Shown: positions 26,161 through 40,300, counted from the first letter of the stretch. The stretch is DNA of 64,000 bases from Chiloscyllium plagiosum (GCF_004010195.1 NC_057719.1:14444364-14508363), one strand, 5' to 3'. Made by a program: numbers and translations. The notes: generated from the letters alone by a model not told the origin.

Positions 26161-26724
26161 TCAAGTTCATACCAGAGCCCACAAGTCATGACAGAAAAAG
26201 TACTGATTCCATTTGCTCTGGGTGTGGTTGTAGCCAGTTTCCATTTGTTGTTCACACTTAGGAATTGATTGAATAGGGAAGGCAACATAGGTCAACGTTG
26301 GCACTGAGGGTCAGCCTGGTTATCACAGGGTCTTGTGCAACCTCAAGCAAGACTTGCAACCTGCTCCCCATTGCTCATATTGTTTCGGGGCTGTGAAGGT
26401 TTTGTAACTCAACAATATTGGAGCTCATTCTGTGGCACATGATCCATTAACATGGATAGTTGAAAAATATACAAGAAACAGAGTCAGGATAAATGGCTCA
26501 CTCTGAATCTACAAACTGTAACTAGTGGAAAGCCATAGGGATCAGAGCTGAGGGGGTTAACTATTTATTGGGGAGATGTTGGTCACTGAACTGGTAATTA
26601 AGAACAGGCTAATTTGTTCTGGGGATGTGTGTTCCGATCTCAGAATGGTAGGTGGTGAAATTTGAACTCATTAAAAATCTGGAATGAAAAACAGACTTGA
26701 TAGCAACTACATTGAAATAACTCT

Positions 26725-27385
26725 ACAGAGGTCAGTACCTCATCATTAAGTCATCCTTTATTTAAATGTGGACAGTCCTTGACACTGATCCAGCTCCCTC
26801 AGAGCCAGCTCTCAGAATAAACAGAATATCTGACACTCTTGATTATTTTTTGTTTTTTCACACACTGATCCGGTTCCCTCAGAGCCAGCTCTCAGAGTGA
26901 GCAAAACTCCTGGTTGACACTGTTGTTTTTTTTTTCTACTCCACAGAGACCAGTATCCTGTCACCAAGTCACCCTTTATTTACACATGGAGAGTCCTCGA
27001 AAATGATCCAGCTCCCTCAGAGCCAGCTCTCAGAGTGAACAGAACCTCTGACACTGTTTTTTTTTTAAACAGTGTCCCCAATTCACCAATCGCATTACAG
27101 CAAATTCGTGTTGACGAAACGTGTGTTATGACAGAGGACCTGTATGAATGCAGAGATACACAAGGCTTTACTGTTTAGCTCCACAGTCCTTCATCACTGT
27201 CATCTCCTTTCACTCAAACAGAGTCTGTGTCTGGGTTGGATCTGAGTGGAGCTCTGAACTTTCTGAGGACACTCTTGTTTATATCTGTCAGCCAGGGCTC
27301 CCTGATTGCGTCAGATTAACAGCCCCAGTCAGGGAACTTATATTCAGTGACATCCATTTGGCTGACCACATTACAATCACCAGAC
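26725..27385 (-). mobile_element. LTR-like sequence with tandem partial duplications
   Basis: The unit tgatccagctccctcagagccagctctcagagtgaacaga...gacact occurs three times plus a decayed fourth; poly(A) signal (tttatt on +) and TATA-like gtttatatc are present. Confidence 0.6.
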
Positions 27386-28227
27386 ATGTAACTACCATGG
27401 ATGGTTACAAAATCATATCTGGTTCACTTGAAGGAAGGAAATCGGGCCTACATGTGACTCCAGATCGACAGCAATATGGTTGACTTTTAATTGTCCTCTG
27501 GACATCTAAGCACAGACAAAAATGCCAACCCAGGGAGTGGCACCCAAATGCCATGAACATTTTTTAAAAATCTAAATGATTTGGATGAAGAGATAGAATG
27601 CACTGTAACCAAAATTTGATGATACAAAGATAGATAGGTTTGAAGAGAATAAGAAGAACAGGTCTACAATGGGATACGGTTAGGTTAAATGCATTGGGAA
27701 AAAAAAACATGAGCAGGTAGACTAGAATGAGAGAAAATAGGAGGTTGTCCACTTTTGTCGGAAAAACAAAAAATCCAACATTATTTAAATGTAGAGACAC
27801 CAGAGAATACTGCAATGCAGATGCGTCCTCGTCTGTTAATCACAGAAAGTTAGCATCTAGCTATAATAAGAAATTAGGATTCAATTACGCTCAAAGATAG
27901 GGATACCACCACAGTGTCAAAATAGCCCCTTGAAACCTTTTCTTGTCAATGACAAAAGAATTGAGGGGCTAAATTCGATACTCCTGCACATATTTGTTCT
28001 GCTCTTTAGAAACAATACAAGCTCCCAAATTGTAGTAAGGAAGTTAATGGAAGAGGCATTGGAAAGGGCATTTTCCTGCACAAAATATAATAATATTATA
28101 ACAGAAAGTGTCTTCTTTGGGAATTATTATTTTGTCTGGGAACCGAGGGTATCACATGCAAAGTCAGAATTTATGCACTATAAATTACTCAGGCATTAAG
28201 TAATTTAGATCACACGCAATTAAAAAA

Positions 28228-28462
28228 ATAAAACAAAGAACTACTGATGCTAGAAAGCAAAAGCAGAAATTGCTGGAGAAACTTAGCAGGTCTGGCCGCA
28301 TCTGTGGAGAGAAAGCAGAGTTAATGCTTCGGGTCCAGGGGCCCGTCTTTAGAACTGAACCGTTCTGAAGAAGGGTCCCTACACTCCAAAAGTTAGTGCT
28401 GCTTTCTCTCCACAGATGCTGCCAGACCTGCTGAGTTTCTCCAGCAATTTCTGCTTTTGTTC
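28228..28462. mobile_element. Fold-back element, family C (also ~31988-32192, and partial at ~42935-43062, ~47190-47300, ~55345-55450)
   Basis: Inverted arms gcagaaattgctggagaaact... and ...agtttctccagcaatttctgc; opposed decayed hammerhead cores (gttctgaagaagggtc...). Confidence 0.8.
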
Positions 28463-30299
28463 AACCGAGAAAACTGTTCGTCTGAGAAAACAGTTCCCTG
28501 TCATTCTCTAGCTTCGAATTACCTTATAACGTCCTTTGCATTTAGGTAGTGCATTTAAATGCAAATAGTTATTGTTTGCCTTTTATAAACAAACTTATAA
28601 TGTTAAAATGGGCAATGCAATATTGACCCATCTGGAAACGTGTTTGAGCATACAACTTGGAGAATACTATTCCAATGCAAGTTCTCCTGTGGTTAGTTGG
28701 AACAAGTCATAATTTATTTTTGGTTTCACACCATTTATGAATTGCTCTAACAAATAATATATTAAAATCAGTTACACTTGACTCAGCCCCAAAACTGATG
28801 GCAAAGTTACAATACTTACAAACATTAATAGCTCTCTATTACTCTTACTTTCAGATACAATGAAGTTCTTGTTGTCTGGCATTTCTAATTCTTAAAACAA
28901 CCTGGCAAACTAGAAGAAATGTTTGGAATTTCAACATGGATTTATTCAAGGAAATGAAAAGATGATGTTGTACCAAAAAAATAATATAGACTATGCTAGT
29001 CTGCCAAGTGACAAACTTATAGGGCTGTTGTTTCTCCTGCAATTACAGCAAGACAATCAATTTGGCACGGATTCTTTACAGAAGTGTTATGAATTTGAAA
29101 AGCAATACTCATAACAGGAAGAAAAATAGAATTAATTCTGGAACTTTAACAGCACAGAACAAAGAAATGTTATTCCAAAGTGCATATTTTCTGTTAAAAG
29201 TCCATCTCAAAGCTCTGGAATAATTTCACAGAATTTTATTCTTCGGTGAAATGTAACTTGTCACATTTCATCCCAGCTTGTTTCCTTGGTTCACATGGAA
29301 TGTGTAATTTTAATCTTCCATCAGTAACTTGTTGTTACAGCAGAACATTTCTAACCACCTGTTAGTAATTTTCTCTTCCTTATTTCTTCATAACATTAGA
29401 ACAGATTTTTTAAAATCAAGAATGAAAATAAAGACCATTTATTGTGATTTATTTTCTTTCTCAGCAGACTTTGTCAAAATATGAAACAGTGTGAGACTTC
29501 TTTCCTGACTTTTTTTCCTTGTGAACTATCATAATCTGGATTAAAAATATAAAGGTAAATCCAGGTCTCCATTTTCTGTACAGTATGAGCTCAATTCAAG
29601 CTGCTCCTCAGGGTAAGGGACAGAGTTCAGCAGTTGCTACAATAATTATCACCTTATGTGGCTGAAGGTCACTTTTCGTATGCTTGTAGACGTGGGGACA
29701 TCCGGATACAATTTTGAAAGTTAGGTGGAAATCTGATGGTAGGCAACCAAGCTGAGAGTACCCTTCAAGCTAACTGGGAACTTTAAACCAAACCTTGAGG
29801 ACTTTTGTAATCCTGGACATTTTTAAAAAGTTTGTCCTTAATTCCTTCTATTTCTAACCTTCTGGATTTGAGCCCCACTGGCCATTTTTACAGGTCCAGG
29901 GAGTCTTCCCAACTTGACAAAAACCTGGTCTTGAGTCTGAAACAGGTATTATTTGTAAATGTAAAAGACATGCTACAAGCCTGGGTAATATGTGCAATTC
30001 TCTTCTGTCGTTTTAGGTCCTTTATATACATCATGATTTTTGAGCTCAAAGCATTTTCTGAAAACTTGGATTAAGAACTGACTCAGGTCTGGTGGTATGT
30101 TGAGAACCTGGAATGCAGAATGAAAGAAAAATTGAGATTTTCTTCACCCATTCTGAGAAGATCAAGAAGTCTTTGACCAAAGAGGAACATTTCTCAGGCA
30201 GTTTATCATTAAAGTAGCAAGATAACAGGTTAACTTAAGACTAGTTGGTTTAACTAATGTCAAATAAGTGACATAATTATCTCCTCAGAGATCGTAGCT

Positions 30300-31660
30300 G
30301 GACCTATGTATTTTGTAGATGGTATGCACTGCTGCCACGGTGGGTCAGTAAAGGAAGGAATCAATGTTGGGAGTGGTGCATGGTGTGCTATTCATGTGGG
30401 TTGCTTTGTCTTGGATGTGGTCAACTTTGAGTTTTATCGAAATGCATCCATCTGGGCAACTGGACAGCATTCTATCACAGTCCTGAGTGTACCTTGCAGT
30501 TGGTGGACAGATATCGAACAGAGAGGAGAGAAGTTGCTTGCTGCAGAGTTCCTAGTCTTTGGCCTGTGCTTTTGTCTACAGTATTGATATGGCTGGCCCA
30601 GTTCAGATTTTACTCAAAGTTAACATTCTGGATATTGACAGAGGGGTGGATTCAACGGTGGTAAGGAACATCAAGGGGAAATGGTGAGATTCTCTCTTGT
30701 TGAAGATGTGCATTACCTGACACTTGTACAAAGCAAATATCACTTGCCACTATCCTTTCATGGGATATGGATTTTGCCGGCAAGGTGTATATTTGCTACT
30801 CATTCCTAATTGCACTTGAATAGAGTAACTGAATAGGCCATTTCAGAGGGTGACTAAGAGTCAATGTCATGACTGAGAGTCTGGAGTCACATGTAAACCT
30901 GAAAAAGGTAGGGAGAGCAGGTTTCCTTGCCTAAAGGCCATTAGTGAATTGGATGGATTTTTATGTGAGAATACAATGATAGTTCCATGGTCACCAATAC
31001 AAAAACTAGTTTCAATCCCAGGTTTATTAATGAACTTAAATTCCACCAGTTGCTACAATGGGATTTGAACCCGTACCCACAGATTAACCCGAGCCTCTGG
31101 ACTACTAATACAGGGATGTTATCATTATGCAACCATCTTGACATTACCTTTATGCCATACATCATTGCTGTTGTCTGATCTTGCTGCATTTGAATGAAGG
31201 CTACTTCAGTATCTGAATTGTAAACAGTGCTGGGCACTTTACAATCATCTGCAAACATTCCTGCTTCTGACTTTAAGGAGGGAAGGTCAGTTGATGGAGA
31301 AGCTGAAGATGTGCTGAGGACACTCTCCTGAGGAACTCTTCCTCTGAAGTTCTGGTACTGAGATGAGCCATGTTGATCTATCATAACCCTCTTCATTTGC
31401 GCTGAAAATGACTCAAACCAATGTAGAGTTTTACCCTGATTCCTACTGACATTAGTTTAGCTTGGACCATTGTCATCAAATGCTGCCTTGACAGCAAGAG
31501 CCACTCTGGAATTTAGTTCTTTTATTCAGCTTTGGAACAAAGTTGTAATAAAATCAGGAATGGTTCTAACATAACCCATATTGGAGATCAATATGTAAGT
31601 TATTGCTGAGCAAGTGCCTCTTATCAGTACTGTCAATGAGCTCTTTCATCACTTTGCTGA
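30300..31660 (-). mobile_element. Decayed LINE (same family as 394-1055) with a nested SINE (~30755-31150)
   Basis: RT motifs VPQESVL and MFADDC in ORF 30941-31396. Confidence 0.7.
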
Positions 31661-34177
31661 TACCTGCGATGATTAGATTAGATTACATGAGATTCCCTAC
31701 AGTGATAATTGGGACTGGCAGTGAAGTGTTCAAAAAATAAATGTTACAAAACGAAAAAAGTGCTAGTACTTCACATTCCTATTGGCACATACCATTATAG
31801 GATTTGTGCGTCATGACTGATTTCCCAAACTATCATTTTCACAAAGGCATGTCCTGCAGGTAAGCATTCTGATGGATGGCTTCAACCGTTTATAGAATGA
31901 AGTGTTTGTTTCTATAAAGGGATGAAGCTCTGTATAGGTTTGACTGAGTCATTTCGTCTGACATCAGCATGGATCAATTAAATAAATTAAAGAACTGCAG
32001 ACCCTGGAAATCTGAAACAAAAACAGAAATTGCTGGATAAACTCAGCAAGTCTGGCAGCATCTGTGGAGAAAAAGCAGAGTTAAAGTTTTGAGTCCATCT
32101 TTAGAGTGGTCACTGGACTCGAAATGTTAACTCCATTTTCTCTCCACAGATGCTGCCAGGCCTGCTGAGTTTCTCGAACAATTTCTATTTTTATTGCTAT
32201 TGAATTAAAGTCTAATCATGAGCCCCAGAGATCAATTAGCTCAGAAAGACTGGTCACAAGGACAGTTTTGGAGCAGTCAAAGTAGGAAACCAAGTTAAAA
32301 ACTCTCATGAATTGTCAGGAGTGAGACCATCAGTAACAGATGTTCCACGAGTAGGAGACTGACACTGTAGCAGCTACTGTATGTTATTAAAACAACTCTT
32401 TTAAGTTAGTCTTTATTTTAATCAAACTGTCAGATTTGTACTGAAATTGTCAGTTGTGATCCTCAATCTGACAGTCTTTTGCACAGGCTTTTCATGGAGA
32501 CTTTCCACCATCTGACAAACTGTCACTTACAGTCACACTCAGCCTCAATGTAAGGCAATGTGACACTGAACCCACACAATGGCCAGAGAATTTTACCCTC
32601 CTTGTGTACTCCCACAGCCCTCCGGTGTAACTGCCGATGGTAGGGGAGAAGAGGGTTTGGTGAGCTTGACTCACTCTCCTGGCCATTCGTGAGATTGAGG
32701 TGGTCCTGTTCAGCCTGTCTGGGGAGCAATTCCTAACACTTGGTGCTGCCAGCCACTTAAATGGTCCTGCTCCAAGCAATGCTACTGAGAGAAGAGGACC
32801 AATCCCTAATGAACAATGCCCCTGAGCCAGCTATGATTTACGTTGTGTGTGTGTGGGGTGAGGGGGGGGGAACAAGGGGCTTTAATGTGACCTGAAAGAG
32901 AGGGCAAGGGCATTGGGCTGTTTGGGGTGGAGAGGCCAGGAGAGAGGGGAATAACTTTGGGGGGGGGAGGGGGAAGGGAGAGAGGGAGGAAGGGTTGGAG
33001 TCTAGGGAGCCTCCAATTGGGTCCAGCAAGTCCTTAGAAGGAGATTCCACCTCCTTCTCCACTACTAATTTGCAATAAGCTGCTGGGCAGTGCATTTGGC
33101 ACTGCAGCAGGGGAAATTCCTTAGATGCCCATTATCTGGGCACTTACTAGGGCAAGAAAGCTGCTCAGTGCCTTCCCTACCACATGAACAATTCCAAAAA
33201 GGACAAGATATGCTGGTAGGCCACAGGAGCAGTGCCCATAGCTTTACATTCAATTTTATATCCCCAGCTTTCTAAAAACACCCTCTCAATGCATTCCATT
33301 TCACAAGAACATGAGTCAAGGATAGGAACACATCATATTAGTCTACTCAAAACAGGCTTCGACTCCACTCTCGCACCTAGTCCTCATATCCCTCAGTTCC
33401 CTGAGGTATGAAAAATGTGCCTATCTCAGAATGAAATTTGTCAACTATGAAGCATGCAGAAGCCTCTGGGAAGAGACTCTTCCAAAGGTCCATAACTGAC
33501 TGAAAGAACTTCTCTTCAGTCCGAAACAAGCAACCTCTTATTTAGAGGATGTTCCCTTAGTGCAGTCTAGATTCCTATCAAACTCAAACAGAATCTTAGT
33601 GTCATTGAAAGCATCTCATATTAACCTAAACTACAGAGAATGCAGGCCAAATGTATTCAGTCTCTCACCATAGGGAAATCCTCTCATCCTAATCTTCTAG
33701 CACATAGGTCTCTTTTGTCTCTTAAACAAAGATAGCACAGACTAGACATAGATTCCTTTTGGCTCCTAAGCAAAAGAGAGCACAGATTACTGGGAAGATA
33801 CATAGTTCTGCAGATGGTCCTCCAGTTAACTTCATGCATGCTCCAAGAAGCCATTCTCTGACTCTTTGTGAAGATGCAAAGTGCAATGGTATCTGTTTCT
33901 TGTGAATGATGATGGCACCTTCCAGGATAACTTGTATAAACATTCACAAGAAACTTTTAGTGCCAAGCTACCAGCTGGACATTGAGGGAGGGGTATCTCT
34001 ACCAACTGACAGACTGCTGGTTGCTACGAGTGCACCTTTGTTGTCACCAGCGTGCAGTCTATGACCAATTGCACCTGTAAGAATCTAGCCAGTGCAACAG
34101 ATGCAAGAGTCTTTGAGTTCTGAATGGACTCGTAAGTAACAAAGCAGTGGCCCAGGCAAAATCACTATCAATCACCT

Positions 34178-34263
34178 AGGGGTGGGTTTCGCTTCGGCGG
34201 GTCGGTGTGGACTTGTTGGGCCGAAGGGCCTGTTTCCACGCTGTAATCTAGTCTAATCTAATC
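34178..34263 (+). mobile_element. 5'-truncated HE1/HER1-type 3' end with 41-bp flanking duplication
   Basis: gtcggtgtggacttgttgggccgaagggcctgtttccac followed by (TCTAA)n. Confidence 0.9.
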
Positions 34264-34649
34264 TAACAAAGCAGTGGCCCAGGCAAAATCACTATCAATC
34301 ACCTGAGAGGTGCAGTTTTGGGCAATAGGTTAAGAAGTTCTTCAGGAGATTGCTGGAAAAAACGGAAAGTGAATTAATTCAGGATACGGTTTCTTTGTTC
34401 TATGCAGCAGACATGGCTGAGGTGGTGATAGCTGCTGATATAGTATTTTTGATGCAATGATTTCACATAGCCATCATCAATCCCAGTCACAGTCTCACCT
34501 TCTTGGCTCTGTTCATTTCATAAAGCACGAGAAACACATGTGCTGACATGAACCAGAATTCTGAGTTCAACATTCATTTAGTTGCTTCTCCAAATAACAA
34601 GCAACTCAGTCAACCCTTTCAAAATCCATAACCACTTCCACCTAGTGGT

Positions 34650-34935
34650 TAGATGGTTCCATCTACAAAGGCAGGAGATACACGGGAACATCACCACCTG
34701 CAAGTTGCCCTCCAAGCGACTCACCATCCTGACTTGGAAATATATCCTTGTTCCTTCTCTGTAGCTGGGGCAAAATCCTGGAATTCCCTCGCCAAGGGCA
34801 TTGTATGGCTACCTACAGCACATAGACTGCAGCGGTTCAAGAAAGCAGCTCATCACTACCTCCTCAAGGGCAATTAGAGACGGGTACTAAATGCTGCCCA
34901 GCCAGTGACACCCATGTCCCACAAGTGAATAAAAA
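34650..34935 (+). mobile_element. LINE 3' end (family of 394-1055)
   Basis: Reverse-complement similarity to 394-670. Confidence 0.85.
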
Positions 34936-36469
34936 ATACATGAACGATTTGCAAAAATGCATTCAATGGTAGAAATAATGCGATTATATCTGGTTCTGAC
35001 ACCCCAGCACCATTTCACCTCTGAGTTAAATTTTCACCCTATGACTGTCACAAAAAGCACGCAGAGGAAATCCTTCCAAATCTTTAAAAACTGACTTGCT
35101 AGTTTACTGTACGTTTGATGTATTTAAACTTATGGACAAGACATTCTCTCATTAAGCAAAAATGGCAAGACACAAGTAATGTGTGAATTGCCCCATAACA
35201 AGGCCATGGTATCATCATGAAATATTTTCCTTCCTCCTCTTTCTGAGTAAAGTTCATCATCTGATACAACAAACATTTTTGGCCAGTTGCACCTGTGCCA
35301 ACTCTAAAACAGCTACGAATTGGCCCCAATTGTCTACTCTTTTCTACCAGGTTTGCAAATTTTCTTCTTGTAAGTATATATCAAATTCCCTTTTTGAAGT
35401 TAGCATTGAAATTGCTTCCACCACTCTTTCAGGAAATGCATTCCAGATGAGAACAACACATCGAGTAAAAAAAAATCTTCATCTCACAAATGGCTTTTTT
35501 TGCCAAATATCTGTGCCCTCTGGTTACCACCCTCATTCATTGGAATTGGTTTTATCTTATTTACTATGTCAATCTTGAACACCACTTTTAACCATCCTCA
35601 TTCCAAGAAGAGCTACAATAACTTACGTTTCTGGAAACTTTTATCACCAACAAAGCTTCTCAAAACATTATAAAGGAAAACATATTTGATAGCGAGTCAA
35701 GGAAGGTCAGGTGGCAAACCTTTAGTCAATTAGGAGTTTTAAAGGACGATCTTAAAGGAAGAGGAGAAGGTTGAAATGGAGAGGTTGAGGGAGGGAATTC
35801 TAGAGTTTAGGATCCATTGAAAGTACCACTGACAGATCGATGGAATCCACGGAGGTGCAAAACAACTTAAAAAAAATATTTGGAGAAGTACTCCTAATAT
35901 CATAACATTCAAGGATATAAGACAAGTGCAGGAAATTGGGATTAGCGCACTTTCAGTGGTAGCTATGTTGGTGCAGATGCAATGAGCCGAAGGGCCTTTT
36001 CTGCAATGTATGAATCTATAAAACAGCTTTGGAGGAACATAGAGGACTTGGGGAAATGCATTGTAGATAGTGGTCACACAGTGTTGGAGAGGGGCAGTGC
36101 AATGGAGAGCATTGAAACCATGAGGATTTTAAAACTGAGGAATTGTCAAATTGGGAGCGAGTGCATGTCAGCAAGCGTGGGGTGCTGGGTGAGCAAGTCT
36201 TGAACCTAATTAATACTAAAGGTAGCAGAGTTTTGGAAGGTCACAAGGTAATATAGGGTCAAGGATAGTCAGCTGGAGGAGTATTGGATAAATTAAATCT
36301 AGAGGTGACAATTTAAATGCTCCACTCTATTTCTATCCTGCTACTATTTTCTCTCTTAAGCAAAAAAAGGACACAGAGACACAGAACTTCCTATAAACCC
36401 ACACAGCTTCACACTTCCCCAGTTCCTCTCCCATACGATCTGCAAGTGCCCATACTCACTGATGCTTTA

Positions 36470-37220
36470 CAGAAACCAGCAGCACGAGTAGGACATTCAG
36501 CCCTTCAAACCTGCTCTGCTATCCAATATCATCATGATGGATCCTTTTTCTTAACATCATATTCATGTTTTCTCTCCATAACGTTTGAGAAATTTTTCAA
36601 TCTCTTTCTTGAATATATGCAGTGAGCCCGGCCACCACAGCCTTCTGTGATAGTGAATTCCACAGACTGAATTTCCTCTGAGTGAAGAAATATTTCCTCA
36701 TCTCAGTGTTAAATGGCCTACCCTACATCCTACATCTGTACCTTCTGGGTTTAGACTCCTCATCAGGGAAACCAGCATCTAGTCTGTCCAGTCCTGTTGG
36801 AATATCACATGTTTCAATCAGATCCTCTCTCATTCTTCTAAGCTCTAGTGAGTTCAGGCTCCGTCCAACCAATCTCTCTTCACACAGTAGTCCTGCCATC
36901 CAGGTATACACCTAGTGAGCCTCTGCTGCCCTCCCTCCATGATATGTTTATCCTTTCATAGGTTGGGAGAGCAAAGCTGCACACAGCACTCCATGAGTGG
37001 CCTCACTAAGTCCCCCTTTTGGTCTGCTAACGATATCCTAACTTCTGAATTCAAATCCTCCTGTGATGAAATCCAATCAATAATTAACCTCCCTGATTGC
37101 TTGCTGTTCTTACTCCTTTCATTGACTGGAACATGCAGATCTGTTTGTTCGTCGACACTTGCCAAAACATCACCCTGTGAATAGTACTCCCCCACTGTTT
37201 CTCACAGCGAAGTATAGAAT
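36470..37220 (-). mobile_element. CR1 LINE 3' fragment
   Basis: LVRPLMECCVQLCSP; SLELRRMREDLIET. Confidence 0.8.
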
Positions 37221-38721
37221 TTCAAAGACTAAAGAGAGAGGATCTCACTGAAGTCCCGGAGGCAGCCATCATTCAGGTGGTCCCAGCACAGTAAGCCAAG
37301 GATACCCTCTGATATCAGTCCAGGGGTTTGGCCATGGTTAGGGGGTCCATGCTTCTGCAGTCTGGGCAGTGGGTCACGGTCAGCCTTATGGCTCTATAGT
37401 GGTTAGTTCCACCCATATCAACACATGAGATGGCCATACCAGGGATGGTCATTCACTGCACCCCACCCACATCTTGAAGTGAGGCAGCTCCTGAATAGGG
37501 ACAAAAGTGCCTCCTTAGCCCATGACTGCTTTTCACAGCAATGCTTTACTGTATCCCTCCCTTGCAGAGACTGCCGCTCCCCTCATCACAACTATGATCC
37601 TCCTACCCAGCATTCCCTGATGGCTGCACGACCTTCACTTCCAGTTCTGGTCATCGCTTCCCCACAGACAGACATTGAAGACCCACAAAGCGGGAAAAGA
37701 AAATTTTGGGAGGAAGCATATCTCCCATCCCCCATGCGCCCAGAGGTTGAAATGGAATAGCAGAGTCTCACTCCTGGATTCCCCAACCCCCCAGCATTTC
37801 CCTTCATTTCTGTGGGTGATGTGACTAAGGTTCCCCCTCATTGTGAATGTCACTGGACAGCCGCCAATGAGGACTGCCAAGACCCCTGACCAGTGGCTGT
37901 GCACCTACCCCACTGCATCCATCTTCCATAAGTTTGAAGGTTCTGTGTTGTCACTCACTATCCTGTTCACACATCACCCCTGAACTATATTGCCTCCTGG
38001 TTAAGTGCATCTGCCCGAGTACCTTCCCCGCCCCCTCTGATTGCTGCAATAGAGCGACAGTACAGACTGTGGCCCACTCTGCACAATGCAGAGACACAAC
38101 CCCCTCATTGTGAGCCATCGCCTTGAATGACATTGCAAGCTGCTCTTGACTGACTGTGCCAGGACTCCCTGACTGACAGGTGACTCTATGGGCTTTGCCA
38201 ATGGCTGCTCCCCTCAAACTTTGTCACGATAAGCTGCTGGCCACATGATGCAGTATGGGACTGATGTGGCACACTACCTGACAGCAAGACATCACCCCCC
38301 CCCCCCCGCAGACTGAGGGCTGCTGTCCAGCGAGGCAAGCCACCTGGCTGTGTGACTGTGTGAATGGGCACGGCAAGGTAAGGCATGGTATGGCTACTGT
38401 GAGTAGACAGTGGGCAAGTGCTGAGAAAGCAAGGTGCCGCCTGGTCCATTCCATGCCAGCCCATGTGTGTGGCCTTTCAAGGCCAAATGCCAGTGCGCCT
38501 ACCAATGTAAGTGTGTGCTTCCAGAGGGCACTGCTAGTGTTTCAGAGTGATGCCATGATGGTTAGGAGAGTTAGGAAAATATCGGGAGCCAATGTCTGTG
38601 AATGAGGGGCTGGTGCTCATAACTCCACCCTGAGCTGTGGCTTGCACATACACACGTGGAGCTTGAATGGAGTAAGCGGTGATAATAAAATGTGGAGCTG
38701 GTAAAAGCACAGCAGCATCAG

Positions 38722-39068
38722 AGGGCAGCACGGTGGCTCAGTGGTTAGCGCTGCTGCCTCACAGTGCCAGGGACCAGAGTTCGTTTCCAACTTTGGGCGA
38801 TTGTCTGTGTGGAGTTTGCACATTCTCCCCGTGTCTGTGTGGGTTTCCTCTGGGTGCTCTGGTTTCCTCCCACATTCCAAAAATGTGCAGGTTGGGTGAA
38901 TTGGCCATGCTAAATTGCCCATACTGCTCAGGGATGTGTAGGTTAGGTGCATTAGTCAGGAGTAAATATCGGAGAAGGGAACGGGTCTCGGTGGGTAACT
39001 CTTCACAGGGTCAGCGTGGATTTGTTGGGCTGAAGGGCCTGTTTCCACACTGTCGGGAGTTCTATGAT
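38722..39068 (+). mobile_element. Full-length HE1-type SINE (further copies ~40780-41118 +, ~46045-46255 -, ~55505-55760 +, ~57525-57785 +)
   Basis: tRNA head, V-domain-like core gtgtggagtttgcacattctccccgtgtctg, and a 3' end shared with the CR1 partner. Confidence 0.92.
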
Positions 39069-40129
39069 TAGAAGAGCAGGGCATCGACGTTTTAGGCAGG
39101 ACCCTTCATCTCCTTCTCCTCTGATGCTGCTTGACCTGCTGTGTTTTTCCAACTCCACATTTTATCCACCCTGACTTTCCAGCATCTGCAGTCCTCACTA
39201 TCTCCAAGTTGGTGTAAGCAGTGAGCTGCACCAATCAGGTGCCTGCTTGAGTTTCCTCCAGTTGTCTCAATTCTAGCTTGTTTAGCAAGTTTAGTACAAT
39301 ATGCAACTGCATATTAATAAGCAAATCTCCCTTGGTAGCTTTATGGAGGTGGAAGGTGGTTACACTGAGATAAGGAAGGAATGGAAACAGCCTTGAGGAT
39401 CTGAAAATGTGCACGGCATTACTTAACTAGGAGGCAGCATAGTCCAGGGGTGATGTGTGAATTGGATTGTGAGTGACAACACAGAACCTTCAAACATATG
39501 GAAGATGGAATAGGAAAGTATGTTTGATCAGCCCAGTCTATAGATAATGGGGTTACTGATGAGGTTTTCACCAGATCAATGGAAGCAAGGAAGATTCGAA
39601 CACCCCTAGCACATGAAAACCACATGTGGCCTACGTTCCCACCGTGCAGGAAACGATTGAGATTCAGCTCCATAATGGAACTGGTGAAATCCCCGGCCAG
39701 AGACCTGATTGGAGAACTGCCTTTGAACATTGCATCTGAGCTCATAACTTACTCGGGACAGGCAAGTGGGGCTGCTTTTCAAAGTGTATAGAACTCAAGG
39801 ATATCTTTGACTTTTGTCACCAGCTTGAAGTCTGCCCAAAGTTAAAATATTCCTTGAATTGCCCATACACAAGTCTAACAAAACAGTTCAAAGTGATTCC
39901 ATAAAACTGAACCTTCCAGCTCAGTAAGCAAATCTCCACCATGATTCCATTGTTTTACTGAGCTTTACATTAATTAGCCAATTGATCCATTTCCACATAT
40001 TACACCTTGTAACTTCCAAAATATTTAACATTTTGAAACTATAAATGTTTACAAAATAAAGCAACAGAGTGATTTAAAAATGGCTATTCTTGTGCAGAAC
40101 AGTAATCAGAAATAGATACATTTACTTAC

Positions 40130-40300
40130 AGATTCGAAAACCTGATTTGGACACAGGGCCGTAACCATTTTCGCTGTAAAGGGTGGTTGGGTCGCCTTTT
40201 TTACAATTGTTGTAACACTTTCCATTTATACACTGGCGTTTGCAAATAGTTGGCGTGAAGACTATTTTTATTGTTCCTATATTGGTGGTCAGGTTTGCCC
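40130..40300 (-). CDS. LTBP2: LTBP2-like internal exon B (4-Cys region)
   Basis: Acceptor tttcttacag| and donor ATCT|gtaagt; 171 bp, phase 1 to 1. Translates [57 protein letters not shown], matching the LTBP2 motifs [10 protein letters not shown]...TTLYS...KSGFRI. Confidence 0.95.

Noticed and set aside
26787..27056. CRISPR-like repeat-spacer pattern
   Set aside because: Eukaryotic context, irregular spacing, and units are parts of an LTR-like repeat.
38722..38795. tRNA gene
   Set aside because: The A/B-box head runs directly into the SINE body; multiple diverged copies exist.
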